DNA of 64,000 nucleotides from Acidobacteriota bacterium. GTDB taxonomy: Bacteria > Acidobacteriota > Aminicenantia > JBFLYD01. The position numbers were made by a program, and so were the translations under genes. Shown here in pieces: positions 57,851 through 64,000 of this stretch (position 1 is its first letter; each line of letters starts with the position of its first letter). The stretch covers positions 2,718-66,717 of the forward strand of contig JBFLYD010000044.1 in the NCBI GenBank assembly GCA_040756905.1. The letters run 5' to 3'. The notes under the pieces are model-generated. The model had not been told where the DNA came from. It did no database searches and saw only the letters and a list, made by a program, of their open reading frames with translations.

Positions 57851-59218
57851 CTAATCCTCTATTTCTATCTGACTAGGATAAAAGACTCTGATTTGAGGGA
57901 TATTTTTATAGAATTTTAGAAAGCCATGAACTTTAATGTTTTTTCCTTCAAGGCTTTTCAAAAAATCCTCCATGAAATGAATAAAGTCATCTTCAAAAAT
58001 TACTGCCTGGAATTTTGCCCTGTAAGAAGGGTCTGAATATAAGTAAGTAATGTATCCATGTTTAGAAACTTTGTGACACCTGTATTTCATCTTTACTATT
58101 CTTCCCAGGAGAAACACTGAATCCTGTGGTTTCAAAGTAACCACATCTTCAAAACCCCATAATCCTCTTTTTTCTTCCTTTGCTTTTTTTTCTGCATCGA
58201 TAAAATTTTTCTTGTATTCAATGTTAAAGGGATATTTTGTAAATGCATTTGCATATCCCTGTTCTATGATGAATTCGTTAAAGAATGTGAGGTTCTCCAG
58301 CCATACATATGCAAGGAGCCTATCATAGGAATCCCTTTTTTCTTTTCCAAGTTTTATGTAAATGTTTTTGTTCTGTAGGTGGAAAGCTGTGAATTCCTCT
58401 GCAATCTTTCCCATCAAAGAGACTTCTTCTTTTTCATCGAATATTTCAGGAGAGTTAACTCCTATTAATCGAAGCTTTTCATCTTTTCCATTTAATATAA
58501 TTCCAATTGTATCTCCATCGTATACTTTTTCTACAAATACTTTTATTTTATCCTTTGTCTCTTCGATTAATTCCTGGATTCTTTCGATATCTTCTTTGAA
58601 ATCGCGCCTGAGTCTTTCATCCTCAGTTGACTCGTAGAAATTTTTTAAGACTCTTATAGCTTCTTCGAATTTTCCCACATCTCTGTAAAATTTTCCTGAG
58701 AGAGATGGAACATAAGGAGGATGTCCTGGCATTTTGCTGGCAATCTCGTAATATTTGGCTGCGTTGTAGTAGTCATCAAGATAATAGAAGTAGTTGTAGC
58801 CAATTAAATGGGGAAATTTCCAGTAATTGGGGTGATGTTTCATTCCTTTTAGGAGTAATGTGGCTGATTTTTCTACATCAACAAGCGCTGTAAGTCTCCC
58901 TCCCATCAGAAAAGCTTCTTTGTTATGGGGATCCATATCAGTTACTACATCGAAAAGATGATAAAGCCAGGGATATGAGAATTGCCTCTCCTGTTCATAG
59001 TAATGCCTTCCGAAATAAATCAGAGCTTGGGCAAGGAGTAGGTCACCAAAAAAGGAATTGTAACCAACTGAAATAAAATCAAGATACTTTCCTGATGGAA
59101 GATAAAGAAAGACCTCAGGAGACTTTCCAAAAGTCTTTTTTTTTCCAAGTTCAATGTTTAAGAATACAGCTGATATAATTAATGTTGTAGTTAAAGCAAT
59201 TATTATAAATTTTTTCAT
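57851..59218 (-). CDS. Membrane-anchored TPR-like domain fused to a thermonuclease (SNase) domain plus a C-terminal OB-like region
   Basis: 455 aa. It has an N-terminal signal/anchor, a helical repeat region (YYNAAKYYEIASKM..., FEEAIRVLKNFY) and an SNase core (VYDGDTIGI....KLRLIGVNSPE...DRLLAYVW...NEFIIEQGYA). Confidence 0.7.
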   Translation of the reverse strand: MKKFIIIALTTTLIISAVFLNIELGKKKTFGKSPEVFLYLPSGKYLDFISVGYNSFFGDLLLAQALIYFGRHYYEQERQFSYPWLYHLFDVVTDMDPHNKEAFLMGGRLTALVDVEKSATLLLKGMKHHPNYWKFPHLIGYNYFYYLDDYYNAAKYYEIASKMPGHPPYVPSLSGKFYRDVGKFEEAIRVLKNFYESTEDERLRRDFKEDIERIQELIEETKDKIKVFVEKVYDGDTIGIILNGKDEKLRLIGVNSPEIFDEKEEVSLMGKIAEEFTAFHLQNKNIYIKLGKEKRDSYDRLLAYVWLENLTFFNEFIIEQGYANAFTKYPFNIEYKKNFIDAEKKAKEEKRGLWGFEDVVTLKPQDSVFLLGRIVKMKYRCHKVSKHGYITYLYSDPSYRAKFQAVIFEDDFIHFMEDFLKSLEGKNIKVHGFLKFYKNIPQIRVFYPSQIEIED

Positions 59219-59343
59219 CCTTCTATCAGCTTATTTTTATGTTCAAACATTCTACGGATAAGGTCGTTTGTTACTCCCATGTAAAGCACTTTATTGAATT
59301 TATTCGTGAGAATATACACATAGCATTGCTTATCCTTCTTCAT
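59215..59343 (-). pseudogene. Truncated GIY-YIG nuclease family gene (N-terminal half only)
   Basis: MKKDKQCYVYILTNKFNKVLYMGVTNDLIRRMFEHKNKLIEG* keeps the GIY...YMG (YIG) and R..EH motifs. It stops where full-length members continue (FT.KY...LVY.E). The track N-terminal extension (59344-59442) reads through a hairpin repeat. Confidence 0.6.
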
Positions 59344-59498
59344 GATGGAATATTTTATTAATTTTGAGATTCTGAAACAAGCCTTCTCTGAAGAGATGCC
59401 GAAACAAGTTCGGCATGACACTTTCAGGATTTGGAATAACACTCGTAAATGAGCATTTTATCTTCCATCACGAAATTGGAAATGCTTCCTTTTATTTA

Positions 59499-60263
59499 TT
59501 AAATATCCTTTCTCGAAAGAATTATCGAAGATAAAACTAACAAAAATGCAGAATAAAAGATTGAGTAAATCGGTGAATATAAGAACTGTATTTTTGGAAC
59601 ATCAAGGTTATACACAAGCTGGGTCTTTACATTGAAATTTTCAAGATTTGGAAGAATGTAATAAAGAAGCTTAAATAAAACTTTTGTGGTTATTAATTCG
59701 GATTGAGCTGTCAGCTGAACTGCTTTTTCAGTTGAATGACCTATTATATAAATAAAAATCATCGACGCCATTCCTAAATAGCCACTCATGAATGTTGAAA
59801 AAAATAAAGAAAGAGCGGAAAGAAGCACAAGCTCAAAAAAAAGAAAATACCCTCCTTTTAAAAGAGGAATCAACCAGTTTTCTCCATTTATCAGAAGAAA
59901 TACCCAATCAACAGTTGAAACTACAAAAATTAATATCAATCCTAAAAGCAGGAGTGCATTAAAATTTGCAAGGATATATTGGTAGTGTTTAATCGGTTTT
60001 GAAAGAATGATATAGAGAGTTTTTCCAGTTATTTCCCTTGATATTAAATTTGAACCCACAATTATTATTAAAAGAACACCGAAAAAAGATTCAGAAACCA
60101 ATCCAAGGTCTTTATAAACTTTTCCCTTTTCTCCAACTGCCATTTCCCTCAAGATAAGGGAGGCAAAAATAAAAAGGATTGCCACTAAAAGAAAAGACCA
60201 GAAGATTTTTTCTCTAAATATATCTTTAAAGATTATAAAGGAGAGTCTGATAGTCTTTTTCAT
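59499..60263 (-). CDS. ABC-2 type transporter permease
   Basis: 254 aa with 6 predicted TM helices. It lies directly downstream of the ABC ATPase gene, with a 1-nt gap. Confidence 0.7.
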   Translation of the reverse strand: MKKTIRLSFIIFKDIFREKIFWSFLLVAILFIFASLILREMAVGEKGKVYKDLGLVSESFFGVLLIIIVGSNLISREITGKTLYIILSKPIKHYQYILANFNALLLLGLILIFVVSTVDWVFLLINGENWLIPLLKGGYFLFFELVLLSALSLFFSTFMSGYLGMASMIFIYIIGHSTEKAVQLTAQSELITTKVLFKLLYYILPNLENFNVKTQLVYNLDVPKIQFLYSPIYSIFYSAFLLVLSSIILSRKDI

Positions 60264-60264
60264 T

Positions 60265-61191
60265 TCAATGAAAAATTACATCAGAACTCTTTACTTTTTC
60301 AAGGTATATTTTCTGTAAAACACTCCCAGAGAAAGGTTTTACATTTATTATCTTTCCGCCCTTTCTTTTTACTATCTCAAAGAATTTCCAGAGAGATTCC
60401 TCCGATGGTATTTCTGCTTTGAATAAATCTCCTGATTTTAAAATTTTAACATTTTCGATTTGCATTTCTTTCTCCCATGAAAATAAAACATCATAGGATT
60501 TAAGGGATTCCCCATAGAGCTTTTTTATGTTTATTTCATCGATTAATTCTCCTCTGTCGATTATGGCTACCCTGTCGCAGAGACTTTCAGCATCCTCTAA
60601 ATCGTGAGTTGCAAGAATAATCGTTTTTTCCTCATCTCTAAGTTTCAAAATTAAATCATAAAGAAGTTTCCTTCCCAGAGGGTCAAGTCCTGTCATCGGC
60701 TCATCCAAAATCAAAAGCTCAGGGTCATGAAAAAGAGCCTGGGCTATTCCAATCCTCTGAGTCATTCCTCTTGAATACGTGCTGAGTCTGGAATTTCTGA
60801 ATTCAGTCAGTCCGACTAAATCGAGTAATTCATCTATTCTTTTTTTAGTTTTCTCTTTAGAGTAGTTAAAAAAATAACCCATCATCTTTAAAAGCTCAAA
60901 AGCCCGGAGATTTTTTAAAAATGATGGGTTTTCTGGAAGAAAACCTATTTTCTTTTTCGTTTCCTCATCAAGAGTTTTTGAACCGAATATTTCAAATTCA
61001 CCAGATGTGGGCCTTAAAACACCGACTAATATCTTTAATGTTGTGGTTTTTCCTGCTCCATTTGGGCCTAAAAAACCATATATTTCATTCTTTTGAATTT
61101 CTAAATTTAAATTTTTTAAAGCTTGAAATTTTTTAAAAGCTAAAGAATAAGTTTTTGAAAGGTTTTTTACACTAACTGATGTTGCTTGAAT
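60265..61191 (-). CDS. ABC transporter ATP-binding protein (probable ATT start)
   Basis: The track ORF starts at 60885 and lacks Walker A. The frame stays open upstream to 61191: IQATSVSVKNLSKTYSLAFKKFQALKNLNLEIQKNEIYGFLGPNGAGKTTTLKILVG... with no ATG, GTG or TTG. ATT at 61191-61189 follows an in-frame TAG and lies 6 nt after GGAAGGGA. Downstream are the signature YSRGMTQR and Walker B LLILDEP. Confidence 0.8.
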   Translation of the reverse strand: MQATSVSVKNLSKTYSLAFKKFQALKNLNLEIQKNEIYGFLGPNGAGKTTTLKILVGVLRPTSGEFEIFGSKTLDEETKKKIGFLPENPSFLKNLRAFELLKMMGYFFNYSKEKTKKRIDELLDLVGLTEFRNSRLSTYSRGMTQRIGIAQALFHDPELLILDEPMTGLDPLGRKLLYDLILKLRDEEKTIILATHDLEDAESLCDRVAIIDRGELIDEINIKKLYGESLKSYDVLFSWEKEMQIENVKILKSGDLFKAEIPSEESLWKFFEIVKRKGGKIINVKPFSGSVLQKIYLEKVKSSDVIFH

Positions 61192-61216
61192 CTAATTTCC
61201 CTTCCTTCAGTTAATT

Positions 61217-61819
61217 TTACCTTATCTTCTGGGCTAAATCGTCTTCACTTACTTCACTCCCAACTGGTAGTAGAAAATTTGTTGAGACATTTCTATCTTC
61301 TCCTGCTGAAAGTACAACTGTAGCATAATTTGCTAAGGTTACATATTTAATATTAGCTTCATATCTTTGACCCCATTGGTCTTCTCTAATTTCATCTAAG
61401 TAAGGACCTCTCCAGTATCCTGCTTTTAATTTTACTCCTGCAAGATCTTCTGTTCTATAAGCATTTGCTGTACTTCCTCCTGGTTTATTCAAAATTAAAT
61501 GATTATCAAACGAATCCACAGCAACACCAGTGCCATTCCAATTTGAATTGTTGGCTGTAGGCCAAACGCCTTCCTGACTGTAAAGAAGTTCATAATAAAA
61601 AGTTGTACTATTATCATTTTGATAGACTGGCCATCTTCCCATATCTTTGTAAAAGTCTCCAATTGCTGCTGCAATTACCTGACATTCATGGGTTGTACGG
61701 GCAACTTTTGAGTAACGAATATTCTTTGCAATTGTTGGAGTGAGAATTGCTGCAAGGATTGCAATAACTGCAAGAACTACTACCATTTCAATCAGTGTAA
61801 AACCTTTAAATTTCTTCAA
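61217..61819 (-). CDS. GspG-like pseudopilin / type IV pilin-like protein (paralogue 1)
   Basis: 200 aa with a prepilin leader and cleavage/methylation motif MKKFKG|FTLIEMVVVLAVIAILAAI. The GspG-type core is WRGPYL...DQWGQRY...LSAGEDR. It has a TTG start with GGAAGGAGG upstream. Confidence 0.8.
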   Translation of the reverse strand: MKKFKGFTLIEMVVVLAVIAILAAILTPTIAKNIRYSKVARTTHECQVIAAAIGDFYKDMGRWPVYQNDNSTTFYYELLYSQEGVWPTANNSNWNGTGVAVDSFDNHLILNKPGGSTANAYRTEDLAGVKLKAGYWRGPYLDEIREDQWGQRYEANIKYVTLANYATVVLSAGEDRNVSTNFLLPVGSEVSEDDLAQKIR

Positions 61820-61847
61820 TTTTACCTCCTTCCATCAAATTAATTTT

Positions 61848-61876
61848 TTTATATCTCATAAATCCATATTTGTCAA
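61848..61876 (-). promoter_or_regulatory. Sigma-70-like promoter (TTGACA-17-TATAAA) for pseudopilin 1
   Basis: On the minus strand, TTGACA (61876-61871) and TATAAA (61853-61848) are separated by 17 nt. Confidence 0.5.
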
Positions 61877-61891
61877 GCATTTTTTCAAAAA

Positions 61892-62043
61892 TAATACAAA
61901 AGCAATAAATAATTTGTAGGGCAACCCTTCAGAGCCTGCCCCAAACCTTGCCCTGAACTTGTTTCATGGGTTAATTCGGGGGTTGCTTAATGCAAGGCTA
62001 AAGCCTTGCCATGCATGTCAATTTATTTAATTCATTTGTATTA
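61892..62043. repeat. 152-bp TIR-bounded GC-rich element, family C copy C5
   Basis: The TIRs are TAATACAAAAG (61892-61902) and CATTTGTATTA (62033-62043), complementary at 10 of 11 positions. The interior carries hairpins, including GCAAGGC-TAAA-GCCTTGC (61992-62009). Confidence 0.7.
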
Positions 62044-62050
62044 GTAATGT

Positions 62051-62770
62051 CTAATTGGATGTCAATACAAAGCCAATATCATCATGTCTTGGAGAATCAT
62101 CAGGCTCTGTGTTTCTATTAATAGTATCGTCAAAAGGAGTGGACCAGAATTTATCATTTCCAGCAGAGAGAATATAAACATTGTGAAAACGGAAATCTTT
62201 TCCCAAAGGGTTGTTGGGAAAATATCTTGCATTGATTACATAAGCACTTCCCCATGGGTCTCTATAGACTCGATAGTCAATATAAGATCCTTTCCATGCA
62301 TGATTTCCGTCTATATTAAAGTCTTGACCAGGTTCATTTTGATTAAACCTCCAGGTGTCTTCATCAGGGTTATTGAAATATAGATAGTCATAGAGAGGTT
62401 TGAATATTGCATAATTTCCCCATCTTTCTGCTCCAACATATGCAATACGTGCTCTCCCCTGAGGAATGTTGAATATATCTCCAACAACTCTATTCACGCC
62501 TCCTGAAGGTCCTGGAAGATTTGTATAAGGCCACATTCCAGTGTCTTTATAAAAATCTGCAATGGCAGCACCCAATACTTGTAGTTCATTTTTTGTTCTT
62601 GCTACCCTTGCATCTGTCAAATGTCTTGCCATCTGGGGAATCAATATCGCAACTAATATAGATATCACTGCTAAAATCACAATCATCTCAACTAAAGTAA
62701 AGCCGTTACAAAATCCATGTTTAAATTCTTTTGTGAACTTTTCTCTTTTTTCTTTATGTTGCTGTTTCAA
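62051..62770 (-). CDS. GspG-like pseudopilin (paralogue 2, long leader)
   Basis: 239 aa with ...KHGFCNG|FTLVEMIVILAVISILVAI, then WKGSYID...DPWGSAYVINARY...LSAGNDKFWST...DDIGFVL. The start is uncertain: TTG at 62770 has no SD. Confidence 0.75.
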   Translation of the reverse strand: MKQQHKEKREKFTKEFKHGFCNGFTLVEMIVILAVISILVAILIPQMARHLTDARVARTKNELQVLGAAIADFYKDTGMWPYTNLPGPSGGVNRVVGDIFNIPQGRARIAYVGAERWGNYAIFKPLYDYLYFNNPDEDTWRFNQNEPGQDFNIDGNHAWKGSYIDYRVYRDPWGSAYVINARYFPNNPLGKDFRFHNVYILSAGNDKFWSTPFDDTINRNTEPDDSPRHDDIGFVLTSN

Positions 62771-62797
62771 TGTTTTTTCTTAACGATCATTTTGTTA

Positions 62798-62826
62798 AAA
62801 TTAAAATATATTTTTAAATTTGGCAA
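62798..62826 (-). promoter_or_regulatory. Sigma-70-like promoter (TTGCCA-17-TAATTT) for pseudopilin 2
   Basis: On the minus strand, TTGCCA (62826-62821) and TAATTT (62803-62798) are separated by 17 nt. Confidence 0.35.
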
Positions 62827-62860
62827 GACTTTTTTATTTCCTTCAATTAATTAAATCCAC

Positions 62861-63007
62861 TAATACAAACGAAATTAATAATGTTACATTTACCGTCATT
62901 CCTGCAAAAGCAGGAATCCAGAAACATAATGATAAAACTGGATTCCCGCCTCCGCGGGAATGACAATACTATGAGTTTATGTCATCTTACTTAATGCGTT
63001 TGTATTA
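62861..63007. repeat. 147-bp TIR-bounded GC-rich element, family C copy C4
   Basis: The 11-bp TIRs are perfect: TAATACAAACG (62861-62871) and CGTTTGTATTA (62997-63007). Internal hairpins are ATTCCTGC-AAAA-GCAGGAAT (62898-62917) and ATTCCCGC-CTCC-GCGGGAAT (62942-62961). Confidence 0.75.
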
Positions 63008-63073
63008 ATTTTAACAAATTCAATAGATTTAATTTATTTATTTTACTTTTAATTTTTACTTATTTAACAGTAA

Positions 63074-63823
63074 TTACCTATACCTATAATAATAAGGAAA
63101 TCTTTCATACCTTATTTCAGTTTCATTTGTGTAAAGGACAAATCCAAGATCATCTCCATATGGGTTGTCATCAGGCAGTGTATCCTTGGTTATAAAGTCA
63201 GAGAAAGCTGTTGACCACATGTTGTCAGGACCAGCTGATAAAAGTAAAACTTTATGTCCTGCTGTGTTCTGACCGAAAAAATTATTTCCGGGAAGATATC
63301 TTGCATTAATTACATAAAAATATCCCCAGGCATCTTTGTATGCATCCTTAAAGACATCTCTATCAATGTAAGGCCCGTTCCATCGAAATTCACCAAGTAA
63401 AGGATAATCCTGTCCAATCTCATTTACATTCAGAGGGCCAGTGTCATTATCAGGATTATTGAAATTTAGATAATCATACAAAGGCTTAAATGGAAGCCAG
63501 CTCCCCCAGTTAATTGCACCAGGAAGAGCCTTTTCAGGAGGAGCCACTGCTTTGCATTCTCCTCCTGGTTCTAAAACGGGATTTCCTCCGATTACTCTAT
63601 TCACACCACCGGATGGCCCATCCATGTTTGTAAACGGCCATTTACCTGTATCTTTATTCAAATTTAATATAGCAGCTCCAATTATCTGAAGTTCATTCTT
63701 GGTTCTGGTTATCCTTGCATCATTTATGTATCTTGCAACCATTGGAACAACTATAGCAATAAGAATTGAAATTATTGTAAGAACAACAACCATTTCTATA
63801 AGTGTAAAGCCTTTCTCTCTCAT
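63074..63823 (-). CDS. GspG-like pseudopilin (paralogue 3)
   Basis: 249 aa with MREKG|FTLIEMVVVLTIISILIAI, then WNGPYID...DAWGYFYVINARY...LSAGPDNMWST...DDLGFVL. It is collinear with paralogue 2. Confidence 0.8.
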   Translation of the reverse strand: MREKGFTLIEMVVVLTIISILIAIVVPMVARYINDARITRTKNELQIIGAAILNLNKDTGKWPFTNMDGPSGGVNRVIGGNPVLEPGGECKAVAPPEKALPGAINWGSWLPFKPLYDYLNFNNPDNDTGPLNVNEIGQDYPLLGEFRWNGPYIDRDVFKDAYKDAWGYFYVINARYLPGNNFFGQNTAGHKVLLLSAGPDNMWSTAFSDFITKDTLPDDNPYGDDLGFVLYTNETEIRYERFPYYYRYR

Positions 63824-63841
63824 TTTTTTATTCTAAGCAAA

Positions 63842-63870
63842 ATATAATTCAATGAAAGCTCGAAAGTCAA
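63842..63870 (-). promoter_or_regulatory. Sigma-70-like promoter (TTGACT-17-TTATAT) for pseudopilin 3
   Basis: On the minus strand, TTGACT (63870-63865) and TTATAT (63847-63842) are separated by 17 nt. Confidence 0.4.
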
Positions 63871-64000
63871 ACTGTTTGAGTTTAAAGCCATGTCTCTTTT
63901 TATTTAATATTTTATTCAGATTATTCAGAATATTCTTTACATTATATTTTTTTTCTAAAAACAATTGAGATTTCATCCATGTAAATTACTTCCCATTCAT

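Noticed and set aside
59344-59442. N-terminal 33 residues of the 75-aa ORF containing the GIY-YIG remnant
   Set aside because: They read through a GC-rich hairpin repeat (ATGCCGAA-ACAAG-TTCGGCAT). The GIY-YIG homology begins at the internal MKKDKQCYVYIL.
63835-63978. Short minus-strand ORF of about 47 aa (MKSQLFLEKKYNVKNILNNL...) at the right edge
   Set aside because: It overlaps the predicted promoter of pseudopilin 3, has no SD and is bounded by an in-frame stop just upstream. There is too little evidence to call it.
1-64000. Search for CRISPR arrays, tRNA/rRNA genes, integrases, transposases, prophage or toxin-antitoxin modules
   Set aside because: By eye I found no regularly spaced direct repeats, no tRNA-like cloverleaf signatures in the intergenic regions, and no recombinase or phage-like ORFs in the track. 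The repeats present are hairpin or TIR elements without spacers. A tRNAscan or covariance-model run would be needed to exclude small RNAs formally.

Overview
This is an AT-rich bacterial chromosomal window with standard code 11 (TGA is used as a stop in many ATGA stop/start overlaps). It is densely coding, and I recognised no rRNA, tRNA, CRISPR array, integrase or prophage.

Gene content points to a diderm (kdsB, lpxC, glmU/glmS, an AMIN-domain amidase) with anaerobe-type redox metabolism (ppdK, EtfAB, a NuoEF-like module, polyferredoxins).

- **1-18.9 kb (all minus strand):** the classical origin-proximal block pyrG-kdsB-bactofilin-parB-parA-(parS)-rsmG-mnmG-mnmE-jag-yidC-yidD-rnpA-rpmH, followed by a YfcE-like phosphoesterase, polA, glmS, glmU, a TPR protein and lpxC. 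dnaA is not in the window.
- **19-33 kb:** larB, ppdK, clpB, manC, uppP, a phosphomannomutase, gatB, a split transketolase and nfi.
- **33-38.8 kb:** yceD-rpmF-plsX-fabG-acpP-fabF. fabH and fabD are absent, and the cluster runs directly into etfB-etfA.
- **38.8-43.5 kb:** a NapH-like membrane polyferredoxin, a Tat-signal DUF362 protein, an amidase and small membrane proteins.
- **43.6-55.7 kb (the most unusual locus):** a near-consensus sigma-54 promoter sits in front of a small Cys-rich ORF, a repeat-containing 87-aa ORF and a nucleotidyltransferase-fold ORF. These are followed by NuoE-like, NuoF-like and 2Fe-2S/4Fe-4S proteins and a stand-alone GltB-type FMN protein. Upstream lie a Cache histidine kinase, an NtrC-type activator and two tandem glutamate dehydrogenase paralogues.
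- **55.8-64 kb:** a TPR lipoprotein, a rhomboid protease, a TPR-thermonuclease fusion, a truncated GIY-YIG gene and an ABC-2 exporter whose ATPase gene has no canonical start codon. Three GspG-like pseudopilin paralogues follow, each with its own sigma-70-like promoter.

The intergenic space is populated by several families of GC-rich hairpin or TIR-bounded repeat elements. Two of these show compensatory base changes between copies.

All calls come from reading the supplied translations and the sequence by eye. No database search was possible.
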